Source of the DNA: Camelus ferus
Taxonomy: Eukaryota
NCBI RefSeq assembly: GCF_009834535.1
Contig: NC_045696.1
Location: forward strand, 93,250,001 to 93,314,000
Length of the DNA: 64,000 nucleotides
Direction of reading: 5' to 3'
Shown: positions 27,255-39,402 of the stretch, piece after piece
Numbering within the stretch: position 1 is the stretch's first letter
How the letters are laid out: the number at the start of each line of letters is the position of its first letter
Made by a program: the position numbers and the translations under genes
Notes under the pieces: generated by a model
The model's database searches: none
Seen by the model: only the letters and a program-made list of their open reading frames with translations
What the model was told of the DNA's origin: nothing

Positions 27255-27599
27255 GCCCCGCGCGTCTCTGCTCTCACCCCCCCACCCCCACCCCGCCTCG
27301 CCACTGCAGGACCAGCGAGAGGAGCAGTTCCCTGGGTGACCTGAAGGTTTCCGCTAGGTCTCCCAAATCCTGTCACATCATGTGAGGGGGCCGGAGCTGG
27401 GGGGTGGGGGTGTGAGAAAGTCGTCCCCCCTCCCCCCGCGCTCGTCCCCCACCTCACCCTTCCCAAAAGGGCTTTGCCAAACATTCTTGGAATTGCTTAG
27501 CTTCGGGGCTTTCAGGAAAACAATACATCGCCTCTTCGAAATTCTGTAGTGCTGATGAAGGTAATATTTCTCTCCCTAGTGGACCTGAGACAAAAACAA

Positions 27600-27836
27600 T
27601 TCTCTTTCTCACACTCTTCTTTCGCTCTCTTCCTCGCTCCTTTTCCTCCCTTCAGCCAAGCTTCCTTCTTCCTTTCTAGTATTTTCTTTATTTTCTCTCC
27701 CACCCTCCTTTTTGTTTTTTCTTTCGTTCTTTCTTTCCTTCTACTCCCTCGCTCTTTTTCGCCTTCTCTCTTTCCTTTCCCCCTCTTCCTCTTTGCTTAC
27801 CCTCCTTTCTCTTTCTTCCCTTCCTTTCTTTCTCTT
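27600..27836 (+). repeat. Polypyrimidine/polypurine low-complexity tract
   Basis: About 235 bp that is almost entirely C/T on the plus strand. Confidence 0.9.
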
Positions 27837-28270
27837 GGTCACACCAGTGTGATGTCCAGAGCTACATTCTGTACTGGAACTCTCTACTCCCACCTCCTGA
27901 CTCTCGGGAATCTTGTAATGTGTGTACCTGAGGGGTTGGGATGGGGAGTGAGAGAGTCAGAGAAAAATAAGCTTAAGTATCTCTGCTCTGCCTACTAAAA
28001 TTAGCTGTAATGTGTCTGGACCCTTGTCATTTTTATGCAGCCAAGCAGCACACCATCTTCACACGAGTCCTCCTATAGGTATAAAAAAACAAGAAAATAC
28101 TTTTTGCACAAAGATAATTCCTTTATAAAAGCTGCCTTTAGCAGCAATGAGCTTAGAAGAACTAAACCTCTCCTAATTTTTTTTTCTTCTGTGATTTTTG
28201 GTTCAATTGATCAATGCCAAATATATAAATAGCTTTAACATTGCTCCCTTTTCTCCTTATATATTTGTAA

Positions 28271-28371
28271 ACATGTGCGCGCGCACACGCACGCACACAC
28301 ACACACACGCGCACACACACACACGCGCACACACACACACACGCGCACACACACACACACACACGCACACA

Positions 28372-28402
<31 letters not shown>
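28271..28402 (+). repeat. Compound (CA)n/(CG)n alternating purine-pyrimidine microsatellite
   Basis: 132 bp of uninterrupted purine/pyrimidine alternation, with CA runs interspersed with CGCG. Confidence 0.97.
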
Positions 28403-28808
28403 CCCTTGGGGAATTCATACTAAAATACAGGTGGGTTTTCCTGAACTTGCAGTTACTGTTTTTAACATCAGAGTGACTCACTGCTTGAGAAGAGTCCCTC
28501 TGCACTGACAAATTTTGCATCCTTTTCATAGTAGAGAAAGCTGAATAGCAAGGAGAATAAGTAATACTTGCTAATGAAATAGTAAATGGAATATAATGAA
28601 GAGACATTAAGAAAAAGTTAAAACAATCATTAAATAATTAGATTAATTCAGTGAAATCTTGAACTCCTATAGGTAAGAGTCCGAAAGTTGGATTTCTCTA
28701 AGGTTATCTAATTCTGAAGATTTCTTAAGCCACTTTTTTGTTCATATAAAAGTAATTGTATGCTTTACTCACAGAAAGTCTGCAGGATTATGTTCAGAAG
28801 AAGGCATG

Positions 28809-28963
28809 GGTGGGGAGGATATAGCACAAGTGGTAGAGCACATGCACAGTATATACAAGGTCCTGGGTTCAATCCCCAGTACCTCCTCTAAAAATAAATA
28901 AGTAAACCCCTCCCCCCCCCCAAAAAAAGTATAAAATAAATAAACTAAAAAAAAAAAAAAAAA
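28809..28963 (+). mobile_element. tRNA-derived SINE (Vic-1-like)
   Basis: Same head, long poly-A, perfect TSD AAGAAGGCATG at 28798-28808 and 28964-28974. Confidence 0.92.
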
Positions 28964-29004
28964 AAGAAGGCATGAACATGGTGTTAAAAATAGAATCTAG
29001 AGGG

Positions 29005-29547
29005 TGTTGGGCCAACTGAAGTCTTTCAAAGTCCATCAACCCCCGTTTCTGGGCTCTCAGATGTCTGCCTGTGGTCCCTCAACAGACAAAGTACATTCTT
29101 TACTGGGCGTAAGAAATTAATAGCGCTAGGTAATGCGCAGGCTGGCTTGTTTCAGCCCACCTTATCAGAGTCGTAAACCCCACCACCCTTCAAAGACCCT
29201 AAACCTCTTACCTCACCTACAACCAATCAGAGACTTGTGCATAAGCTGATCAGGCACCTTGTGACCCGACCTTATAAAACACCCCAACAATCGGCCCTCA
29301 GCGCTCACACAGGCACCCCTTGCCTGTGTGGCCCGCTGTTGCCTACAGCAGCTAACTACTACACTTTTCCTTTGCCCTTCGCTTTGGTGCTCACACAGGC
29401 ATCTCTTGTCTGTGCTGCCCGCTGTTGTCTATGATAGTGTACCCTAAGAAACTCCTTTCCATTCTTACACTTAATCTCTGGTAAATTCTTTTACCAACCC
29501 GCATGTCAGTGGCTCACTGACCAGCCGCTCCACTGAGTCACACAACA
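29005..29547 (+). mobile_element. Solo endogenous-retrovirus LTR (543 bp)
   Basis: TGTTG...CAACA inverted termini, 5-bp TSD GAGGG (29000-29004 and 29548-29552), CCAAT near 29223 and TATAAAA near 29273. Confidence 0.88.
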
Positions 29548-32500
29548 GAGGGCTAGATGGAAACTGAAAAATAAAACAATTTAGTAGTTTTGAGGGAAGG
29601 ATGGGCATAACAAGATTTGTTTCCTGAATACTCCAATATGATAGTGACATAATTTATGAAATAAAGTTTACTCACATCCAAGGATGAAATGGATGTATGA
29701 TTGAGGGGTGGGGGTCTTTCAGAGTAGACAAGAGAAATCTCACATCCTTCGATTCTACTTACATTAAGCTATTCCAATTTGTAGTTGGAAAATTAACTCA
29801 TAAACCCTTCACCACTGTGTTAATACTGCCTCATATAATTTTTAATAAAGCACATGGCTCCAATAAATGCTAAAAAGGAAAAAAAACTAAAAAACCAAAA
29901 CAGTGAAATCTAATGTATAGACTTCAAAAATACTCTCTTCAAGTCTCTATTCTTTGCTCTTTCTTGGCTCATGTAGCAAACACTACTTAATCCTTACATC
30001 AGTATTACAATGTGGATGTAATTACCCCACAAATAAACATAAGGAGCTCAGCTAAGTTAAAACTGCCAGGAAGTGTCCCTTCAAACCTAGTTCATTTTGA
30101 TTCAAATCTTAAGTTACTGTTATCCTCACTTTAGAGAAAAGATTGAGGCATAGAAAGGCGATTTACTAAAACTCAGTCTGTGAGAAATCTACATTTTCTA
30201 ACACTCCAGTGCTTAATTTTTATTACTTTTCAGCTAAATTACCAAAATGTTATTTCAACCTTACATAATTAACAATGAATTAAAATGAGTTAGAAAAGTC
30301 TTTTCTGTTTTTTTCATGTAGCCAGTCCTCAGTTTCTTCCTATGGAGCTATGTACATTAAAAATTTAATACATTTTTTTCTGATTAACGGAATGCTGAAA
30401 GTTGGTAGTGGAGGAAGAATGCCTTGGCCAGAATAATCACCAAATTTGCAGAGCAACAGGAAATGCAAGTAAAAGTTATATGCCTGGTCTTAACATTTCT
30501 ATTTAAACTTTTCAAGCTAGGTTCTGTTTTCAAATTTGCACAAACTTTTTTAACAGAAAAAGTTCCTTTGGAAGAAGTTTATCCTTGTAGTTCAAGAATA
30601 TCTTATTTCTGGTAGAAGCTAAGATGGTCTGACTTGTTTATAGTGCCTCTAAATTTAGAGCTGAATTTGAAAGCAAAGGTAATTCATTTAAGTTTTTTAA
30701 AAAATTAAAGATTTGTTAATGAATACTTTTCAGACTATTCAGTTATGAGCATATATCATAGATTTAGATCTATCTTGTTGCAAAAGAAGAAAAATCCTGC
30801 AGGAATCTAATTCAAAGGTTCACTCTTGTTAGGGGTATTTTATAGAGAAAAAGAATGGATATAGAGTACACAGCGAAAGAAACAAAAACACATACAGTTA
30901 TTTTTAGACTGACTTTCAGCTGTTAGTCACGTATGTGTTTTTCACAAGAAGTCTTCCCCAGAAATTTAAGGGTTTTATCAAAAATGCTAAATCTCTTCCC
31001 AGAAGGAGGTTATGTAAACTGAAAAGATTTCTCTTTTAAGGGATCGAACGAAGAGTCCCTAGATAAGGAAACTCAGAAAACTGAGGTTTACAGAGGTTGC
31101 CCAAAGTCATGCAGTTTTGTGAGTTACAGAGATGGAGGAGAAAGTGGTCCTCCTGGCTGTCATGTATCAGATATTAAGAGTGGAATGCACTGGTTCTAGA
31201 AAGATGCAAGGTAGATCTTGAAAAGCTGTCCTTGTATGCAGCACTCATAAATACTTGATAAGGTGTTTCTAAAGGCCCTTTAAATGCATTACTGAGCAAG
31301 CAAGAAAGTGAAGGAAGATAAAAGAAGCCAAAAAATGGAGAGCTAGGAATACAGAAAGGTATTTGAGCACTGAAGACAGTACTGCCCTGGGGACATTTAC
31401 CTATCCCAAGAGGCTTCATCAAACCTAGGTGACCCAGAGTTTCAATCTTAACAAGACTTGTGTCTTCCTACAAAACCTAGTCCAGAACAAGGTGAAAGTC
31501 AGGTCAGAGATTCCTACATAAAGCTGAGACCACTGAAAAGAAAGATCTGCAGTGAAAAGGTGAGCTAGAATAAACAAACAAGCAAAGCTCAAATCCCACT
31601 TCCACTCTTACCCACTCCCTAAACATAAATATATTTGCTTTTTTCAGCCTCTACTCAGTCAGGTAAATTTACACCAAAAAGCTTCCAGTGAAAATTCATG
31701 ATCAGGCCAGACTTCAGATGGATGTAAGGCTAAGATTTAAACTAATAGTGTGGCCTGAAAAAATCCCAAGTGAAAAATTTATAGTAAAGGGACCCCAGCT
31801 AGACTATGCCAAACAAGAATTGAGAGAATTATCACCACCTGACCCTCACTAAAGCAACTTCTTGAGAATGAATTTATGAAACAGAATAATACTAGATAGA
31901 AGATCTGATATGCAAGAACAAATGGTAAGAAAATAGCAGCAACATAGGGAAATCTAAGCAAATATTGACCAAAAGAAATAGTATAAAAAAGAAAAGATCA
32001 ACTAAATACTGGACAGTAGTGATGTGTAACTTAGGAAAGTGTTCACTAGATTTAAAGCACTCTAAAGTGCTTACTAATGCTGTTGGGAAGGAAGATAATG
32101 ACACTGATTAGTTTTAGACCTTATTAAATTAATTATGCATGTAAAAATTACAAGTGTAACCACCAAAAAAAGTAGAAATAGACTGTGTATAAGGTCAAAT
32201 CTTGCAAAAAGAAAAAAAATTGAATTAAGTAAAAGGCAATCTAAATGAAGATAAGAAAGAATAAAAAATGAAATATTAGAAAAGGACATAAAAAAGGAAA
32301 AAATAAGACGTTAGAAATAAATCCAAATATATTAATCACAATAAGTACAATTAGACCCAATTTGTCAGTTAGAGGACAAAGATTGTAATAAAACAAATAA
32401 ATAAAATGCAGCTATCTTCTCTTTAAGAGACACACCTATAACATAATACTACAGAATAGTTGAAAGCACAATGATGGAAAAAAGATATATCAAACAAATA

Positions 32501-33013
32501 TTAACTAAAGGTAAGCTGGTATAGGTATATTGCAATCAGACAATATAGACTTAAATTTCACCAAAAAAAGATAGTAATCAGTTCAGCAGAGTGGTATCTT
32601 CTAAACTTGATTACATCTATTAGCGTTAAGTTTTAAATATGCACTGCAAAAAAATGACAGAAGAACTGCAAGAGGAAATTGAGTGATTTTAATACACTGT
32701 AGACAATATTTGATAAATCACGTGTACAAATCAGTAAGGATGTAGGAGATCTGAATAACAGTATTAAAAGCTTATCTAATGGAAATCTATTGAAATTTTA
32801 CCCAAGAACTGAAGAATAGACATTTTTTAATCATCTATAGAATATTTATAAACATTGATTATATACCAAATCATTAAAAAGCTCCAATGAATTTAAAAGG
32901 CTTTTCACTACAAATAACATATTCTTGGAAATTAACACAAATAAAGAAAGATAAGTCAAAACCACTTGTATATTTAGAAATAGTTAAATGATGCACGCAA
33001 ACATTTTAAATAT

Positions 33014-33409
33014 ATTAAAGACAAGATGACAGACCCCAAATGGAGTTTAACTTATGTTAAGCCTCACATCACCAAACTGAGACTTAATCTTAACCTAATT
33101 ACAGTTTCTGCCCTCCCAGAAATGGAATTTTCAACTAGTCAATCAGGAATTGCCTGATCAGCACTAGTTAGGCAATCTGTATGATGGACCCCGACATCCC
33201 CTAAAGGAAAGTAATCTTGCAATAACCAATTTACTTTTTTTTGCCTAGTACAACTTCCACATTCCTGTTCCCTTCTGTCTATAAAAATCTCTTGCCTTGT
33301 ATGGCTCTTCAGAGATCCTGTCTGCTAGATTGGATACTGCCTCTTTCGTGGATCACTGAATAAAGACAGTAACATCTTTACATTTTACTCAATTGATTTT
33401 TTAAAAACA
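33014..33409 (+). mobile_element. ERV1-type LTR fragment nested in an old L1
   Basis: Non-L1 composition, with CCAAT-like, CTATAAAA and AATAAA motifs in LTR order, ending in ...AACA. Confidence 0.65.
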
Positions 33410-33595
33410 AAAAACACACGAATCAAAAATGAAAGCACAACGAGTGTTAAAAAACTGGACGACAATGAAAATACTGCATATCAGTATCAGTTGACTTTTC
33501 TAGAGGGAGATTGATTGCCTTAAATGTTTTTACTTTGGAAGAAAAACCTGAAAGTTAATGAGATGAGCATTCAACATAAGAAGTTAGAATAACAA

Positions 33596-34237
33596 TGATT
33601 CAACAATCCCACTCCTAGGCATTTATCCAGAGAAAATCCTAACTTAAAAACATACATGCACCAAAATGTTTATAGCAGCACTATTTACAATAGCCAAGAC
33701 ATGGAAGCAGCCTAAATGTCCATTGACAGATGACTGGATAAGGAAGTTGTGGTATAGTTATACAATGGAATACAACTCAATGATAAAAAAAGAATGAAAT
33801 AATGCCATTTGCAGCAACATGGATGGACCTAGAGATTGTCATTCTAAGTGAAGTAAGTCAGACAGAGAAAGACAAATATATGATATCACTTATATGTAGA
33901 ATCTAAAAAAATGACACAAATGAACTTATTTACAAAACAGATACAGACTCACAGACAAAGAAAACAAAAGTTATGGTTACCAAAGGGGAAAACAGGGGGC
34001 TGGGTGGGGGGAGGATAAATCAGGAATTTGATATTAGTAGATACAAGCTACTATGTACAAAATAGATAAACAATAAGGACCTACTGTATAGCACAGGGAG
34101 CTATATTCAATAGCTTGTAAGAATCTGTAATGAAAAGGAATATAAGAAATACATATATGTATAAATAAATCACTATGCTCTACACCAGAAACTAACAAAA
34201 CATTGTAAATCAAGTACACTTCAATTAAAAAAAAAAA
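33596..34237 (+). mobile_element. L1 3' fragment (ORF2 C-terminus, 3'UTR, poly-A) nested in an older L1
   Basis: Typical ORF2 end (ATGCCATTTGCAGCAACATGGATGGACCTAGAG), G-rich 3'UTR and poly-A. Confidence 0.92.
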
Positions 34238-35514
34238 GATGCTAGGAAAAGAACAGAATAAATCCTAAGAAAATAGAAGGGAAGAAATAATTACCTTAAA
34301 ATAATAAATTCATGAAATATATATAATAGGGATGATCAACAAATTCAAAGTTGGATCATTGAAAAGCCAAATAAAATTGGCAAGGTTAAATAAGATGGAT
34401 GAGTGGTGAAGTTGTAATCAAACATTATAAGGCATGAATAAAAGAAGAAACAAAAATAAAGTAGAAATTAAGAGAAAATGTTATGTGCTGCTATATCCAA
34501 TATATTTAAGAAATTAGATAAAATAAACAGATTCTTAAGAAAATGCAAATTACAAAACTGTTTCAAGAAGAAATGGAGAACCTAAAAAATCTTACAGTCA
34601 TTAAATAAATCAACGAACAATTAATAATCTTCCCACAAAGAAAGAAAACAGAAACAGGCCTAGACTTTTTTTAAGGCAAACTCTACTTTGTGAATGGATA
34701 ATTCCATTCTCACACAAACCTTTCTAAAGAATATAACAAGGAAGAATATTTCCTAATTCATTTTATGAGGTTAATATAATGATACTAATAACAAAAGAAT
34801 ATCTGAAGGGAAAATTAAGATCAAACTCACGAGTTTTGAAGCACAAAATGGTAAATAAAATAAAATATTAGCCAACTGAATGCAGGAAGTGTACAAAAAT
34901 GACCCCTAAAAATACGAATACAAGTTTGGTTTAACATTAAGTACTGTATTTAGAGGACTGAGACAATACAGTTAGACCATAAACAAAGAAAAAGAGAGAG
35001 AGAGAGAGAAGGGAGGAAAAGAATGCAGGGAGAGGGGAAGGAGAAAAGAAAAAAGAAGGAAAAACTAAGCAAATAATGGCAAAACTGTCATTGTTTGAAA
35101 ATAGTATGATCATCAGTACTGGAAAATGAAAGCACTCAATAAATAATTGTTAGTATTTATGAGAGTAATATGATCACTGAATATAAGATATAAGCATTAA
35201 AAAGTTAACTACATTTTTATAAAACAGAAATAAAAAGTTAGAAAATGTAACCTTTAAAAAAATCAACAGGAGCAAATATATGTATGTACAGATAGATAAT
35301 GATACTAATATAAATACAGACATAGAAAGATATTTCCTGTAAATAAATCTCATAAAAGACACGCAAGTTACAAATCTTCACCGAAAGTTACTGGAGAAGA
35401 CCAGGTAAATTGAGGAATCAATCAACTACTCAGAGTTGAATTTTTAATATTTATAAAAATATCAGTTTCCTTAACCTATAGATTAGGTAGGTATCAATTA
35501 AATGCCTGATATCT

Positions 35515-35938
35515 TGCTGCAAAACCAGCCTCTGTACCCGAAAACCAGACTGAGACTTGGAGGCAGAATTTGGGAAAATTAAAATGAACAGCTTTATTGC
35601 TTTGCCAGGCAAAGGGGAGTCAGAGCAGGCTCGTGCCTTAGAGACTGTGAGTCCGTCTTGGGATTGGGGTCTTGAGATTTTACAGAAAAACTGAATGGAA
35701 CAGAAAAGGTGATAATCAGGGCATTTTACAGGGGGTTACATTCCTCTTAACCTCCATGAATTTTCCTGATATCCTGGAGGAACTCTAGGGTCTGTCCATT
35801 CTTCTGAGATTATCGGCCCATTGTCTCCCTCCTGGAGCACAGCCTCTGGGTTAAAGCTATTCTCGGTAAAGAATGTACAGGGAAAGGAGAGCGCAATGAC
35901 GGGGAAGACAGTTTGTCAGTTTGCCTCCAACTCCTTCA
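35515..35938 (-). mobile_element. ERV1-type LTR (artiodactyl-like) nested in an old L1
   Basis: GCTTTATTGCTTTGCCAGGCAAAGGGG (reverse AATAAA context typical of such LTRs) interrupts L1 ORF2-like sequence. Confidence 0.65.
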
Positions 35939-37772
35939 AATAGAGGGTTTTTTTTTTGAAATATGATAACCGGATCATAAAATGTTTATGAAAGAGCAAA
36001 GGGAAAATTAGATTGAAGACAATATTGAAAATGAAAACAAGGTAAAAGGGATTTAACATACTAGATAACAAAACCTATAAGATAATTTTTATAGTAATTT
36101 ACTAATTAACAATATTTTATTGATTTATAGAAAAATACATCAGTGGAATATAATAGGGATATATAGACTCATGTATGAAAGAAAACTCGATATATGCAGA
36201 GTTGACATTACAGACAGGGAAAGGATTTAAAATTCTTTAAATAGTGATGAGACCTACAGATAGAAAAGTACTGCATTTCTACACCATACAAAAAAAAAAA
36301 AAATCTGTTTGCCAAAAAACTGTAAAGAAAATTAAAAAAGCAAGCAATGCACTAGGGAAAGATACCGCCAACACATAAAAGTGGAAAATTATTAGAATAT
36401 AAAAAGAACTGAAAATAGATGCCAAACAATCCCCGCACATGAATAAGAGCATAAACAGACATTAAAACAAAGATAAACAGAAATGATCAGCGCATATATG
36501 AAGATACACAATCTCATTAATTAACAGGTAATCCTACTGGTCTGGACAATTAGGTTGACTCTCTGTGGGCCATGCAATTTTACTATTCTGGAAAGATATC
36601 TCTTGTTGGAAACTGATAATAATAACAAATGTGTTCGAATATTCAGTGATTTGTAGAAAACTGACAGCAATAGAAATGTTCCTTGTTTAAACAATGCAAA
36701 TAAACTTTTTGTGACAGAGATTCTATTGATTTCCACTGAAAAGATAAACCCCAAACATTACATTTTACTGGCCTTGGCCAAGAAAATTTTTGACAGGCCA
36801 ATATAGTTTTGGAAAAAAACTACATTTTAGCAAATCATTTTGGAAAACATTTGCATTATCTAGAAAAATTGAAGAAGTATATGATACACAATCCAGCAAT
36901 TCTACCTGCACATACTTGAGCACATGTGCACCTGGAGATGTGCACAAGACTTCACAGCAGCATTGTCTGTAAGTACAGTCATAAAGCTAGAAACAACACA
37001 GAAGTCCACTGATGGAAGAAATGGATAAAATATTGTAATACATTCATAAAATGGAATACAGAATGCAAAATAACCAACTGCAGCTAAACAAATCAACATG
37101 GATGACTCAGAAAGATAATGCTGAGTGAAAAAGCAAGCAAATCCTGTGCAAGATTATGTAGATACAAAGAAAACAAAAGATATGATGATTCCATAATCAA
37201 GGAAGCCATCGTGTAGTGGGTAAAAGGAATGCAAACAAGCATTTATAATAGAACATGGTTATTTTCATAATTGAGTAATATGCAAAGTTTATTTGAAATA
37301 TGTGAAAGGGCAACTTTTTATCATTGGGTACATCAGAACATCTCATCAATTAACATATTTCTTATTTGATTTGAGGAATTTGCCAGATAAAGAAGAGGAT
37401 AAGCACATTCAAGACAGAGAGAACAGAGAGAACTTTCTCTACATCTTGAATACTATGTGAGATGGTTGCAATATTTTGATGACTTCAAGAGGTTTGGCGC
37501 TGCTGAAGTGTAAAAGGCATGGGGAGGGAGGAGAGATGGGGAGTACTTTCTCAAGAGAAGACTGAAGAGGTAGAAACCAGATGATGAAATGTGTATGAGC
37601 TGCAAACTGTTTATATTTTGTTGCAGATAATAGAAACCCATAGTAAGATGTGTGCAAGGGAGCAGTAAGGTCAGAGTTGTACAGAGAATGCCCATGCTGC
37701 ATTGAGGGTAATGGGAAGCATGGACAGAGGAGACAAAAATGGAGGCTGAGAGATCTGTTAGAAAGCTAGTGC

Positions 37773-37916
37773 GGGGGAGGGTACAGCTCAGTGGTACAGC
37801 ACATGCTGAGCATGCATGAGGCCCTGGGTTCAATCCCCAGTACCTCTATTAAAAAAGTAATAAATAAACCTAATTACTACCCCCCAAAACCAAACAAATA
37901 AAAAAAAGAATTAAAA
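37773..37916 (+). mobile_element. tRNA-derived SINE (Vic-1-like)
   Basis: Same head; perfect TSD AAAGCTAGTGC at 37762-37772 and 37917-37927. Confidence 0.92.
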
Positions 37917-39287
37917 AAAGCTAGTGCAATAATTCTTACGAGGTATGTCTTAAATGATCTAAGGCAATCAAAGGAGAGATTTTTGAGGTGAAATCCATAG
38001 GACTTAGTGAATTTTTAGTACTGAAGGTACAAAAGAAGGAATCTAGAATGACTCCTGCAGTTTGGGGCAAATAGGTGGATCTGCCATTTCACTGAGATAG
38101 GGAATATTTGATGGTGGTGGTGGTGAGTTATAAACAGAATGTTGAACAAACTGCTGAAATCGTAGCATTTCTGTCATATGATGGAACATAACAATGGGAT
38201 GTTGTTGTTTCTGACAATCTGGCAAAACATCTGAATGTTATGTGCTGAAGGTAATAATCCATTGTGATGATGGGACAAATCAGGCTCAGAAACACTGTAA
38301 TGTCAAGCTTCACTCATCAAGCCGTTTTTCAATTGACTGCAACTGACTGAAAATTAAATGTAAAACATGGAATTGAGCCTATTCTCTGGCTAAACTGTTC
38401 CAAGCGCTCTGACACTGCAGGGCAGGAAAGTCCCTCTGGGGACAGGCTGCAATCTCCCATCACATGAGGACGTGACTAGGCTCGATTACATAGATGTGCA
38501 CATCCCTCCACATCTCCAAGATGATTACACATTTCATCCTAGCAATACTCTACAATTCCACTATTGACAATGTATCGGGGAAGGGAAAGGAGAGGTGCTT
38601 TTACAGCAAAGAGCAAAGCTTGTGTGGACACTTGGCATTCACAAGCCTGGAACCAAGTCTGGCCTGGAGGGAGCACTGCCTATAGCTTTGAGGATTCCCA
38701 TCACCACATACCAAGGAACATGTGCATCTGATTCACTCCCATTAGACCTCTCTGATGCATTTCCTGTGGACATCTGTGGCCCTGACTCTGGGGCAGGAGC
38801 AGGGAGCTGAGTACTCCACAACAGCAGCCACAGGGAGAACCCAGATTGGGGACAGCTGTTCAGCCTTGGCACAGTTTACCTTTAGATCTCTGGTACTCTC
38901 TGATTCTAACGGTGGAGGGTGAGGAGGAGGGGAGGCTGTTTACAAATAGTCAAGACTACGACATGTAAGATAAAGAAAAGAAATGCGGCTTCTAAATGAT
39001 CCCTGAAGGAGAAAGTCTGCATCTTTACCTTGATATACTCATATTTTAAAGGTAATTGATTCCCAACTTCTCTTGGATCTGTAATGTTTCCAGGAAAAGT
39101 GCCAAGTGAAATAGAAATATCTTGATTTTAGACTTGTTTTCTGCTTTATGCTATAATAATTCATTTGCAAAAATAGATGATCTCTAACCCCATCATTCTT
39201 AACAATTTCCATCAGACAGTCATTCTTACCAATTCAGATTATTGAATTTACCTACATTCTTTAAGTCCACCTATAAAGAAAACTTTT

Positions 39288-39402
39288 GGCGGGGAGGGTA
39301 GTAGATCGATGGTAGAGCACACGCTTGGCATGCACAAGGTCCTGAGTTCATCACGAGACCTCCATTAAAAAAAAATATTAAGCAAAAAATTTGAAAAAAG
39401 AA
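39288..39402 (+). mobile_element. tRNA-derived SINE (Vic-1-like, diverged)
   Basis: Degenerate head; TSD AAAGAAAACTT at 39275-39285 and 39403-39413. Confidence 0.85.

Larger units (their letters stand above)
26480..27450. promoter_or_regulatory. CpG island / TATA-less multi-start MME promoter
   Basis: Abrupt GC- and CpG-rich block in otherwise AT-rich, CpG-depleted DNA, overlapping the first exons. CCAAT motifs at 26949-26953 (+) and 26802-26806 (-), plus many GC-rich motifs. Confidence 0.9.
31500..37250 (+). mobile_element. Old fragmented L1 (L1M-type) hosting nested insertions
   Basis: A-rich plus strand with degenerate ORF2 endonuclease/RT and 3' motifs and no long ORF. Confidence 0.75.

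Noticed and set aside
26457..27484. Long overlapping ORFs (106-264 aa) on both strands
   Set aside because: Expected from stop-codon scarcity in a CpG island. They are low-complexity Pro/Arg/Gly/Ala with no recognisable domain, and several start at non-ATG codons.
27549..27998. 149-aa Phe/Ser/Leu-rich 'membrane protein' ORF
   Set aside because: Translation of the polypyrimidine tract.
28162..28607. CVCV/HTHT-rich ORFs (also near 2400-2726 and 19026-19365)
   Set aside because: Translations of CA/TG microsatellites.
36535..36805. Possible terminal inverted repeats of a MITE
   Set aside because: Only about 10 of 15 positions match between the ends, too weak to call without a database search.
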